Notes under the pieces: generated by a model
Databases searched by the model: none
Told to the model about the DNA's origin: nothing
What the model saw: only the letters and a program-made list of their open reading frames with translations
DNA from: Eledone cirrhosa
Taxonomy: Eukaryota
Reading direction: 5' to 3'
Assembly (NCBI GenBank): GCA_964016885.1
Contig: OZ024743.1
Location: forward strand, 378,634,001-378,698,000
Length of the DNA stretch: 64,000 bases
In this document: in pieces, positions 10,604-21,167 of the stretch
How positions within the stretch are numbered: the stretch's first letter is position 1
Layout: every line of letters starts with the position of its first letter
Made by a program: the position numbers and the translations under genes

Positions 10604-10604
<1 letters not shown>
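10330..10604 (+). mobile_element. Short non-coding hammerhead-bearing element (Penelope pLTR / retrozyme-like) inserted in (TA)n
   Basis: ~275 bp bounded by TA runs. Shares AAGCACTCAA, TATGTCA, the hammerhead and terminal TTTGTTAATAT with 20898-21158. Confidence 0.55.
10493..10559 (+). ncRNA. Minimal type I hammerhead ribozyme motif
   Basis: Stem I UAUUUUAU/AUAAAAUA; core CUGAUGA (10501-10507); stem II GGA-C-GUACU/AGUAC-C-UCU; GAAA (10540-10543); short near-palindromic stem III AUAUGUAU; AUA triplet with predicted cleavage after 10551. Confidence 0.75.
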
Positions 10605-10634
<30 letters not shown>

Positions 10635-11059
10635 AAAAATTATAACAAATCTAGATTTTATTTCTTATACAACCATTCTGAGTCTTGGAATACTAAAATA
10701 AGATATTTATATGGAAAAATAATGATTGGTGTCAAATAAATAAATAAATAAAAAACAAAAGATATTTTCAATTGACTAGGCATAAAAGGTAGTTATTAGT
10801 GTTAACCAAAATATTCTGGTACTCACAGTAACATTTTGTATATGTTGTAGAAAGCAAAAGGGTTGATGCCAAGAAGGGCATTTAGCTGTATGAAGCTTGT
10901 CATGGGACATGCAAAGCTGACTATGCTTTAGCAAGGGATATCGCTTTAATATGTTTGTTGTAATTGTGGTATAAATAGCAGATTTTCTTATTCTCTCTCA
11001 GATAATATTGTTGAACAAAGAGGTAAAATACTAAATGAAACTAATAACTCCTAAATTAT

Positions 11060-11500
11060 TAATTTCTAATTTAGGAACAAGGCCAGCAAATTTAGAGGAA
11101 GAGCAAAGTTGATAAAATCAAGTCCCAGTTCTTAGTTTATTTTATAGACCCTGGAAAGCTGAGAGGTAAAGTTGACCTTGGTAAGATGAGAACTCAAAAT
11201 GTAAAGAGCCAAAATGAATACTATAATGGTATTTTACCTGACACTCTACCAATTCTGCTAATCCACCACTGTGATAAATAATGATTTTTAATTTAAGCAC
11301 AAGGCCAACGATTTATGGGGAGGGAAAAATCTATTACTCTGGGCCCAGGACATGACTGGTTACTTTATTTTATCAACCTCAGAAAGATGAAAAGCAAAGT
11401 TGACTGTGGCAGGATTTGAACTCAATGTAAAGAGCCAGAACAGATATTGCAAAGGTATTTTATCTGGCACCCTAACAATTCTGCCAATCTATTGCCCTGC
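11060..11500 (-). mobile_element. Two adjacent degenerate tRNA-derived SINE copies (family of 17132-17318)
   Basis: Each copy has ..cacaaggcca..tttattttat..gaaag.tga.ag..aaagttgac..gg.aggatttgaactca..tctgc.aat. Copies at ~11060-11270 and ~11290-11500. Confidence 0.7.
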
Positions 11501-11619
11501 TAACTTATTAAAATGGTTATACAATCATATTTCCAATGTAAGTATCATAGTAAACCAAAAACAGGGAAGGGGATCCTCTTTTTGTTTTTGATGATGACCA
11601 TTCAGTTGTTTGATCAATT

Positions 11620-11990
11620 AAATGTCCAACTTATTAAAATTAACATTTGAGTATTCTACAGATATGCATACCCCTAACGCAATTCTCAGGCAGACTGAGA
11701 CACTGTGTAACAAAGCTGGACATTTGAATTAAAGCTACAGTCCATATTGTACTATGTGCAAGTGGCTGAGGTTTTCCACAAACATCCTCTTTTAACATAA
11801 TTCTCAGGGAGATTCACCATGAAATAATTTGCGTAACAAGGCTGGACTTTTGAATTATAACTAGAGTCCATATTGTACTATGTGGAAGTTGCAGAGTATT
11901 CCACAGACATGTGTACCCTTAACATAATTCTCAGGGAGAATCAGTTCAACATGTGACAAGGCTGAACTTTTGAATTACAGATAAAGTTCA
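11620..11990. repeat. ~120-bp tandem repeat (~3 copies), with a related degenerate copy at ~7180-7390
   Basis: Recurring acaaggctggacttttgaatta..agtccatattgtactatgtg.aagt.gc.gag..ttccaca.acat..taacataattctcagggaga. Confidence 0.72.
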
Positions 11991-11992
11991 TC

Positions 11993-12140
11993 TAATGGGC
12001 TTCTGCACAGTTTCAGTCTACCAAATTTCCAGCACAAGGCTTGGGTTGACTCAAAGCTATGGTAAAAGACACTTGTCTGAGATACAACACAATGGGATTG
12101 AAGCTGGAACCTTATGATAGCAACACTTCTAAATCACTCA
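11993..12140 (-). mobile_element. Degenerate SINE of a further family (related to + copy at 16708-16835)
   Basis: Minus strand ..ggttccagcttcaatcccattgtgttg..ccatagctttgagtcaacccaagccttgtg..gaaatttggtagactgaaactgtgcagaagcccatt shares body and end with 16708-16835. Confidence 0.55.
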
Positions 12141-12469
12141 GAGATTATGTAAACAATAATATGATAGTGGTGGCCTCATGATCATACGGTTGAGGTTTGA
12201 TTCTCAGACCAAGCAGTGCATTGTGACCTTGAGCAAGACCATTTCACATTGCCCCTGTCCACACAACAAAAAAAGAATCAGTAACAACAGCTAGGGATTA
12301 ACCTCACACAGGACTAGCATCTTGTCCAGAAGAGTCTTATACTCTTAGTCACTTAACACCAATGGAACAGACCTTAACATTTGAAATAACCAAAATATTT
12401 AACTAGTAACTATAACCAAAATATTAAATTAAACTACTAAAATAAGATTTTCAAACAGCACTTAGTCAT

Positions 12470-12905
12470 CAGGAGGGAAGTAGGTAAAAGCGCCAAACTT
12501 GCTATCTTCAATTCGATGTTTGTGCCTACTCTTACCTATGGTCAGAAATTTTGGGTAATGACCAAAAGAACATGATTGTGAATATGAGTAGCCAAAACAG
12601 AGTCCTTTCGAAGATCATCCTTGAAGTAATGTTTCTCAATAGGGTGTGTAGCTCAGAGATCACAACTCCAGTACTACAGACATGTGGTTAATATATCTAA
12701 GGAAAGAATTGTTGGACAGAATTTTCAGGCAAAGCCAACCAGCAGTTGACCCTGAGGTAGACCACAAGCAGGATGGTGGGATAACATTCCTAAGCTCAGT
12801 TGATCTCATTTGGAGATGGCTGCTTCTGATAGGACCCCCTGGAAGGCATGTTTGAGGACTCTGCCCCCATGATCCTCTCAGGAATAAGCGGGTGAAGAGC
12901 AAGTT
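12470..12905 (+). mobile_element. Decayed RTE (Expander/Rex3-like) LINE 3' end
   Basis: Reads AKLAIFNSMFVPTLTYGQKFWVMTKR..SFRR and later RPQAGWWDNI. Its 3' end recurs inverted at 62745-62850. Confidence 0.65.
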
Positions 12906-13779
12906 AATGAAAAGATTTCAGATATAAATTTGTGAAAGATTCAGAGAAGCTAGATGGGCAATTAAGGAAATTAGGGTAGATTTCTTTGGTTAATTTTAAA
13001 ATATAATAAATATTCACCATAAAATTTCTTCAATAATTTAATATATTTTGATTTAGATTAATTATTTAGTTTGTTAAACCACAAACTAATGGAAGACAAA
13101 AAAAAAGTATATATCTGAAATTCTTTCAGTAAGCTGTTTGAAAATGTCATTTTAAGAATATATTCAATATTTTGATAATATTTTTGCTGTGTGCATCTGT
13201 TTTAGAATAGGTTTACCATATCCCTGTGTAAGAAACGAATAACAGGATCAAAACTATAAAGAGCACCTAGCCACAAAACAGTCTTAAAAAGACCCCATGA
13301 TGAATACAAAGCCCTATATTATGCTCACAAAGCTAACCTCAGCTTTAACAGGGAACATGGCATTAAAGACATTTGTAGTTCGATAATAGTAAATATTTCA
13401 ATAGTTATTACTGAATACACTCAATTGAAAGTCACACCATTTTTTTCTACGAAGATACAACATAAAAGTAATTTTATCTCCTGGACTTCCAAAACCTGAA
13501 TTCAAATTACATACTGAGCAAAAAATATTGTATGTAAAATGAAGGTGCATCTTATCTGCTGGCACTATTTATACGCAAGTATATAATGTCTTTAATTTTA
13601 ATAAGAGGATTTTAACATTACAAATAAGAATACCATTTTATATATAGAAGTATGTATGGATTCACAACTTTTGATGGTGTCGCAGGAGTGCCATCATGAC
13701 TTGGACTCTTTAAACTTGGCAGAGCCCATATCACCTCTCCAGGTTTGAACACATCTGATTTCTTCCAGAGAAGGAGAGA

Positions 13780-13955
13780 AAGTGCTAGAGAGGAAGTGGG
13801 AAAGAAATATAAAGGAAGAATCAACCCCAGTAGTGGGCTAGTACTTTTCTTATCAGCCTCAAAAGGCGAAGTTGATCTCCGAGTATAGAGAGCCTGAACA
13901 AATACCACAAAGCATTCTATCTGACATTCTAACAACTCTGCCAATTTGCTGCCTT
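13780..13955 (-). mobile_element. Degenerate tRNA-derived SINE
   Basis: Minus strand head ggcagcaaattggcagagttgttagaatgtcaga.., then tcaacttcgccttttgaggctgataagaaaagtactag, similar to the 23036 SINE. Confidence 0.55.
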
Positions 13956-14330
13956 CCTATATATATATCTATATATCTATCTAAGAGACTGTGTTAAAGA
14001 ATGGCAAAAAATAGGGAGAAGGAATTGGTAGATGTTTATAACAATATTACATCTGTATTAAGCAAATGGTGCCAATAAAAACCTGTGGTACCATTTTTAT
14101 AGTTAGGGAGATATTTAAAAAAAAATAAAAAAAATTTATATCCATTTGCTTTTTGGGTGGGTTGGATTTTTTTTTTTTTATAAATTCTCATTGTTCTGAA
14201 ACAAAATATATCAAGATTAATTATTTGTATATTCTCACAAGAATTTCTACAAATTCATTTTCTTGGTAGATCATCAATTTTTAAAAATTAAACAATTTAA
14301 AAATTTCTTGGAAAACATTTGGTTTTTATG

Positions 14331-14502
14331 TGTGTGTGTGTGTTATACATCTAGGATTGATTAACGAAACTCAATTTGTCAACTGAAGATGTATATATGT
14401 ACATGTATGTGAATATATATGTGTATATGTTAGTGTGTGTGTATGTGTGTTATGCATCTAGGATTGATTAAAGAAACTCAGTTTGTCAACTCAAGATGTA
14501 TA
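14331..14502. repeat. ~60-bp direct duplication separated by TG/TA microsatellite
   Basis: gtgtgttat(a/g)catctaggattgattaa(c/a)gaaactca(a/g)tttgtcaact(g/c)aagatgtata at ~14338 and ~14445. Confidence 0.8.
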
Positions 14503-14553
14503 ACAAAAGACTTCCAATATTGAGTTGTGCTCCCACCTCACCATCAGTAAATG

Positions 14554-14559
14554 TTTATT
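14554..14559 (-). promoter_or_regulatory. Candidate polyadenylation signal (AATAAA) for the elongase 3' UTR
   Basis: tttatt on + equals AATAAA on the gene strand, ~540 bp past the stop codon in AT-rich sequence. Chance matches are common here. Confidence 0.3.
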
Positions 14560-15095
14560 GTTATTTATAATTCTATAAATTAACAACTGTAACATTAACT
14601 ATATATATATTTTATAATAGTAGAAAATTAATTTGTTCACAACAGTTGACTTGGTGAATCTGAATATGAAACTTTATAAAAACATTTCATCTTTTAAATT
14701 TATCAAATATAGTTTGGATCTTAAAATGGATCATAGATGAGAAGATTTTGGAATATTGATTTGTAAAAAAATATTTTTTTGTTTTGTTTTGATTACATTT
14801 TTCATGTGAAAGAGTTAACAAATTCCTACAATATTATGTTTGTCAATAAAAATATTTTCATCCATTTATGTCATAATCAGCAGTAAAAATAATTTTAAAT
14901 AGAAATTCCAAAACAATATTTTGTAAATGATTTCTACAGAATTATTTCTGTAAAGATATAAGGAGCCAAATTATTGTAATCATTTCTTGATTTCTTCAAA
15001 TTAGAAAAAAAATTTTCTTTAAATAAATTTTAACTAAGAAGACATACAGCTTCTTTTGAGCCATACACAGTGAAGCTTTCATGAAAAATAAAGTC

Positions 15096-15368
15096 CTACT
15101 TTGATTTTTTATCAATATTATTTCCCATGACACCATTGAGAGTAGTAGTAATAGTAGTAGTCGTCGTCGTCTTTGAGGAGAATCCAGTTATGACATGTTG
15201 ACATGTTGCATCCTTTGGTTTCGATCGGTAGGTCTTGTGGAAATAGTCAGAGAAGAGAATGAGGAAAATAACTGCATAAAGAGCTATCCAGTAAGCAAAC
15301 ACTTTAGGGTAGTTGCAAGGAATAAACAGAAGTTGTGATGAATGGATAAAGACAAATATAAACTGTGT
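15096..15368 (-). CDS. ELOVL7: ELOVL1/7-type elongase, terminal coding exon
   Basis: TQFIFVFIHSSQLLFIPCNYPKVFAYWIALYAVIFLILFSDYFHKTY...NNIDKKSK-stop. Acceptor ttctctttccag; 273 bp in frame to TAG. ELO C-terminal CxYP and LFxxF motifs, and a dilysine ER-retrieval-like end. Confidence 0.9.
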   Translation of the reverse strand, partial: TQFIFVFIHSSQLLFIPCNYPKVFAYWIALYAVIFLILFSDYFHKTYRSKPKDATCQHVITGFSSKTTTTTTITTTLNGVMGNNIDKKSK

Positions 15369-15559
15369 CTGGAAAGAGAACAAATAAGAAAATATCAGCA
15401 ACAGAACAATTTATCCCTTCCATTTCTTTATTTCTAATAAGACACACTATGGCTTAATTTTGAAAATAACCAAGAAATTGGTAACATTGAGTAAAATACC
15501 TAACAGTGCTGCTATCAACTTCAAAGGCCCAGCCCTTTTATCAATATCAATATAATCCT

Positions 15560-16090
15560 CATCACCATTCAACATCTATTTTCCATGCTTGCATGAGTTA
15601 GACAGGTCAGATGTCCATGTCTTGCTCTCACATTCTATTCTGGCATAATTTCTATGACTGGAGGCCTGTCCTAATACTAACCACATCACAGCATGTACCA
15701 GAAAGGTTTTTTTCATGGTATCAACACTACTACCTGAGGAGGTGGACTGAGTGCCTTTTATCATTGCACCAGTACTGTGAATAGTTAGTCTTAATATGGT
15801 AGAAATTAAATCATTATCATCATTGTCGTTTTAACATCCACTTTCCCTGCTAGCAAGGGTTAGATGGGTCTACATCGACCAAGTCAGTACTGAAGTGGAA
15901 CTGTTGATCTCCCAGATAGGCCAGGGATCTGTTCTTGCTTATGTATGGTCTCACATTCCACCGAGTGCACAGGAGAGGTTGTCATGTCTTTGACACAACT
16001 GAAGCTCCTCCCAACTCTTTGTTTGGCAAGATTGCTATGGCTGGATGCTTTTCCTATCACCAACCACTTTACAGGGTGTGTTTGTCATGT
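15560..16090 (-). mobile_element. Two decayed RTE-tail-bearing elements in the last elongase intron
   Basis: Both show the reversed tail (catc..aacatc.a.tttcc.tgct.gca) and the ctgga.gc.t.tccta..ac.aaccac motif. Copies at ~15560-15770 and ~15810-16090. Confidence 0.6.
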
Positions 16091-16184
16091 AAATCACCAA
16101 CACGATGGAAATTATCATGTCTTTCCACTTGGCTAAAGATAATTCCAAACAACATCATTGCAAACATCTGATGTCAATACTTAC

Positions 16185-16321
16185 TATTTGCATTGAAGTC
16201 ATATACCGTTTCCACCAAAGATATTTTTTGAAACTGGGCCCAGCTGCTGATAGTCCATAATATGTATACATAACAAGATGGATAAATGAATTCAACATTG
16301 CATGGAAAGTTCCAAAACCAC
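16185..16321 (-). CDS. ELOVL7: ELOVL1/7-type elongase, penultimate coding exon (137 bp)
   Basis: Absent from the ORF track; read manually as (G)[45 protein letters not shown], with the ELO motifs NxxxHxxMYxYY and WWKxYxTxxQ. Acceptor tttctatttccag, donor gtaagt. Phase 1 start and phase 0 end fit both neighbouring exons. Confidence 0.93.
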
Positions 16322-17131
16322 CTGGAAATAGAAAATCATTAAATAGCTTTTTATCTTAATGTAATTTTCAGATTTTGCAATAATGATGTTTTCTTTAAAA
16401 GGGCAGATCTGACTGTATAGGAAAGTAGAGGAAAGGACTATGAAAGCTATAAATGAATGGAAGAGGGGGGGGGGGGGAGGGCTCTAGGGCCAAAGAGTAA
16501 AGGGAGTGAGAAGGAGGGAGAGTGATAGGCTCTGGGCCTAGGGCGCGGTGGTGTTGGGGTTGTGCCATGCAGACAACGGCCAGCAACACCCACTGCAACA
16601 GCCACTCCACCTCTCGGGGTTCCTTCCTCAGATGGGCTGCTGACATTCCGATCTTGCAGAGGAGCTCGGCAGTAAGGATGTAAAATGTGTCTAATTATTA
16701 TAAGTTCAGGTATGGCTATGTGGTTAAAAAGTTCACTTCGTAACCACATGGTATTCGGTTCTATTCCACTGCATGACACCATAGGTTGACCAATGTCTTG
16801 TAAATGAATTTGTAAAGAAGCCCATCGTGTGTTTGTGTTTATTCTTTCTACATTTTACATCACAGTATTCCAATACTCAGTTGTTAGACGTGCAAGGATT
16901 CATATATTACTTAATAATAGAAAAAAATGTGAGGTTTGGTGTCAGGAAGTGCGTCCTACAATGCCTCAAGAAAGTCTCGCCCAACCAATGCCAGCATGGG
17001 AAAACTGACATAAAACAGACGCTGAACTATAAGAAAATTTAAAGATCATCCAAGGGAGTTAACTATGCCGCCTAGTAGCAAATACGGCAAGTAATTTGCA
17101 AGGGGAGTAACTACTAGGGGTTTATAATAAT

Positions 17132-17318
17132 TGTTTCTACTTTTTGGCACAAGGCCAGCAATTACTCAGTGTATTACTGGTACTTTATTTTATCGACCCC
17201 GTAAGGATGAAAGGCAAAGTTAACCTCGGCGGGATTTGAACTCAGATCATAAAGTGACCTAACTCTATGCTTCAAAGCATGGTCTCCGACTCTCTACCGA
17301 TACTGCCAATTCACTGCC
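17132..17318 (-). mobile_element. tRNA-derived SINE with 18-bp target-site duplication
   Basis: Minus strand head ggcagtgaattggcagtatcggtagag..gagttcaaatcccgcc (boxes A/B). TSD ctaggggtttataataat at 17114-17131 and 17319-17336. Confidence 0.88.
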
Positions 17319-17344
17319 CTAGGGGTTTATAATAATAATAATAA

Positions 17345-20300
17345 TAATGAAATTATTGTGTAGTGCTCAGGTGCACTACAACTCATCAAAGGTGCATGTA
17401 TAGTACATAGAATAATGTACAAATGTCAGGAAAGTGAATAGTGTATGAGTCATGATATACATGTGTGCGTGTGAATGGAGGGGGAGTATTAGGTGTAGTG
17501 TTGGTGAATCTCAGGAAGCATGGAGGTTTTAAAGGGTGCAGTGTCTTGACAGCTAACAACTTATGCCGGGAGTTTTTTCCATGCTTCAGCAACTCTGAGC
17601 ATGAAAAAATGTTTCCGAAAGTCATGGGAGATGTGCTGTTTTCTCACTTTGTTGGCATGCCCACGTGTGTTAGACACAAGGAAATCAAAAAGGTACTCAG
17701 GGTTGTTGTTGGCAAGATGGTTAATAATTTTGTGGGTGTTTACCAAGTCAGTTGCCAGACGTCGGGGCTTCAATGTATCCATGCCCAGGGAAGTAAGGCG
17801 TTCAGAGTATGGTAGGTTCAGAGGATGGAGGGTATTCGCTTGGTTGCATATATCTGACCAGTTTCCAGGCAGTCAATGTTCTGAGCAAGATAGGGGTTCC
17901 AGACTGGTGATGCAAATTCTAAGTGTGGCCGCACCATAGCCATGTACAGCCTTAAATAGATAGCTGGAGAGCGGCTAACAAAAGTCTTGCTGAGTGATGC
18001 TAAGACATCCTCAGCCCTTTTGACAATTTTAGAGACGTGCTTCGGCCAACGCAAATCACTGCTGACCGTAATGCCCAGGTCACGTTCACAAGAAGACTTC
18101 TTGATATTAGTGTTGTGGAGGGAGTATGTGGACGCTGGGTTTTTACTCCCAAAATGCATGGTGATACACTTGTCCACAGCTAGCTTGAGTTGCCAGTCTG
18201 AGATCCATTGTTGCATTGTGTCCAGGTCAGACTGCAAGCAAGATCTATAGTGTTCAGGATCTGTCCTTTTTATCTCAAGGTACAGCTTGATGTCATCTGC
18301 GTACTTTAGTACTGTGGCATTCTTTAAGTTGGCATCTATGTCATTAATATATGCCACAAACAAAAGGGGCCAAGAACAGATCCCTGTGGTACACCAGATG
18401 ACATCTCATATGGTGAGGAATGCTGTCCCAGAACCGTGACTACCTCTCTTCGACTGAGAATGAAGGACTTCAACCAGTTAAAAAGATCATCCTTCACACC
18501 CATTGCAGAGAGTTTTGCCATAAGTCTTTTGTGTGGCACAGAATTGAAAGCTTTCGCAAAGTCAAGGTAAACAACATCCACCCATGAGCCGCCATCAGTG
18601 ATCCGGGTGATGTCTTCAAGAAACTTGATAATTTGATCTCAGCAGATGGAGTTGGGGATAAATCCAAATTGCGAGGGCCGGATAAGACTGTGAGAGTTCC
18701 AGAAGTTCCAAAGTGTTTCTCTGACACAGGATTCCATCAGTTTGGCAATGCAACTAGTAAGACTGACTGGACGATAGTTCACAGGTGATGTATGGTCACC
18801 CTTTTTGAACAGAGGAATGACACTGGCAGTTTTCCACTGTTCTGGAGTAGCACCGTTGTTCAGACAGAATTGGAAGAAGCGTGATAGCTGGTGCAGAAGG
18901 AAGTACCCACCACATTTGAGAAGCAGGTACATAACACCATCAAGACCAGGAGAGGCATGGTTGCGTTTATTTTTAAGGCGATGTTGCAGCATTGCAGGTG
19001 TAAATTCCATAGTTGTAATAGAATCCGATGTCATAGGTCGTGGAGACGGTACACTCTGGTCTTCAATAGTGAAAATGCCTGCATAGCATTCAGCAATGAG
19101 TTCTGCGCATTCCTTGGGGTCGTCAGTAACCTGGCTTGTGTGGGAATTGCGAAGAGGACCAACTGGAGAGTGAGGCCTCTGCTTTGAGTGAACATACTTC
19201 CAGAACACCTTACTGTCAGGGCTGGTTGCTATGCGCTGCTCAAATTGAAGCACTGCCTTTTTTGTCACCTGCTTGAGATGGTTGGATGATTTATTTCGTT
19301 TTTTCCTATTGATATCTGACTTATGCAGTTTGTACTCACGTTCAGCATTACAACGTTCTTTTCTGGCAAGACGGACTGCTGCAGTCTCCCAAATTGCACT
19401 TTACGGATGTTTTTTCTGCTTACATGGTACCGATGCTGCACATGTTGTCCATATTTAGTTCAGCATGTTCTGGAGTACAGTGTTGACATCTCCAGAGTCG
19501 TAAAACTCAAGCCAGTTTGGATGTTGCAGCTCGGTGCAGTAACAGTTCCAGTCTGCTTTATTCCAGTCAAAGTGAGCAGCTTGGAGATGGTTGTGGTTCT
19601 TGTTACTGCCCATGAGGGATAGATTGGCAATGATCATAGCATGATCAGTGTCACCTAAAGGTTCCTCAGTAGTAACACTAATAACTGTTTCAGGAGTAGT
19701 GGTGAAGAGCAGATCCAAAGTGTTGCCACCTCTTGTTGGGGAGGTGACTACTTGGGACCAGTTCGAGTCCAGCACTAGCTCAAGGAAATCATTTGCACTT
19801 TGCGCCAATGAAAGGTTTCCCAGTCACTCTCAGGGTGATTGAAGTCCCCTGCAATAAAAACCTAAGTGGCTGTTTTCCTGGCAGCAGATCTGAGGATATC
19901 ACAAAGTTGAGTGTCCTGATGGTAATTAGGGGGACGGTAAACGACTCCAAGTAGCAGTGTTGACAGAGTCATACGCAGAAAAATACCTCTTGCTGCGATT
20001 GGTTCAAATCAACACAAGGAATTGCTGAAAAATTTGACCGAACGTAGACCATTACACCACCACGACAACGATTAATGTGGTCTTTACAAAACAAGTTGTA
20101 GCCAGTTATGCTGAAAACCCCATCACAGAGTAAGGAATGTGCCCATGTTTCTGTGACTGTAATGAAGTCAGAGTCGATACTTTTGACGTAGGAGTCAAAA
20201 AGATGTATCTTATTGAATAGACTACGTGCATTCAAGGACAACAATTTGTACCTTGATTCCAGTCTATGATTATGTGCAGGGGATGGCAGATTGTTCTGAT

Positions 20301-20490
20301 TTAGTTTCCCAGAGTGTTTTCAATTTTTTTTTATTGTCAGTTGTTGTGGCTACAGTGTTTTCAGACCAGCTGGTATCTCTTTTCCATGATTCGCCAGCCT
20401 TAATAAACTTCCATATCTGCCCATCATCTCGTAGGCTGAAGCTTTCATGTTCTGCCAAGTTGCACGTCGAAGAATGTTCGACCACATTGT
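17345..20490 (-). mobile_element. CR1/L2-type LINE with nearly complete but disrupted ORF2 (APE + RT), end of a probable ORF1, 3' UTR and (ATT)n tail
   Basis: LSLNARSL..ITVTETW, GVYRPP, AGDFN, PTRGGNTLDL..DH (APE). NYRPVSLTS, QFGF, DVVYLDFAKAF, SGVPQGSVLGP, YADDIKLY, ERDLGI, RPHLEFASPVWNPY, NTRGH (RT and C-terminus). Several frameshifts. Confidence 0.93.
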
Positions 20491-20861
20491 CCAGGATTAT
20501 AATATTGTAGTAACGATAGTGATGGTCTGTGTATTATGAGAGAACGTTGACCCACATACAATGATATGTCTAGATAATGTGGGTCAACGTTCTCTCATAA
20601 TACACAGACCACCACAAACACTACAATGATATGTCTAGATAATGTGGGTCAACGTTCTCTCATAATACACAGACCACCACAAACACTACAATGATATGTC
20701 TAGATAATGTGGGTCAACATTCTCTCATAATACACAGACCACCACAAACAATACAATGATATGTCTAGATAATGTGGGTCAACGTTCTCTCATAATACAC
20801 AGACCACCACAAAAACTACAATGATATGTCTAGATAATGTGGGTCAACGTTCTCTCATAAT
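20486..20861. repeat. Short array of a 65-bp monomer related to the 67-bp satellite: one forward copy plus ~4.7 inverted copies
   Basis: Unit CTACAATGATATGTCTAGATAATGTGGGTCAACGTTCTCTCATAATACACAGACCACCACAAACA starts at 20621, 20686, 20751 and 20816. Its reverse complement aligns with the satellite monomer (catatcattgtag...gtggtggtctgt.tatt...cacatt). Confidence 0.88.
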
Positions 20862-20897
20862 ATATATATATATATATATATATAAATATATGTGTGT

Positions 20898-21158
20898 AGA
20901 AGTTCAATTTAAATTGTTGGGATACAACAAGCAAATATTTTTATAACTGATATAAAGCACTCAACAAATAATTGGAGTAGGGAGCTTCCAACAGTAATGG
21001 TTGCATTCTTTAAGAGTATGTCAATATTTATTTATAAAACTGCTCTATATTATATTTTATCTGATGAAAGCACACCATAATTTAACTTGGTGTCCTTGAA
21101 ATATGTATAATGAAATAAATATGGTTTTATAAATATAGTTTCCATTTGTTAATATCGT
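20898..21158 (+). mobile_element. Short non-coding hammerhead-bearing element (Penelope pLTR / retrozyme-like) inserted in (TA)n
   Basis: ~260 bp bounded by TA runs, with the same order of conserved words as 10330-10604. Its 3' end also resembles the fragment at 4831-4860. Confidence 0.55.
21053..21117 (+). ncRNA. Minimal type I hammerhead ribozyme motif (second, diverged copy)
   Basis: Stem I UAUUUUAU/AUGAAAUA; CUGAUGA (21061-21067); stem II AAG-C-ACACCA/UGGUGU-C-CUU; GAAA (21098-21101); same stem III; predicted cleavage after 21109. Stem II covaries with the copy at 10493. Confidence 0.77.
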
Positions 21159-21167
21159 ATATATATA

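Noticed and set aside
13215-13590. Possible decayed Tigger-like element
   Set aside because: Only vague terminal similarity; could not pair the ends convincingly.
20486-20510. TSD for the CR1-type LINE
   Set aside because: ccaggattataata only loosely resembles the 3' flank ctaggggtttataata, and the latter is already explained as the SINE TSD.
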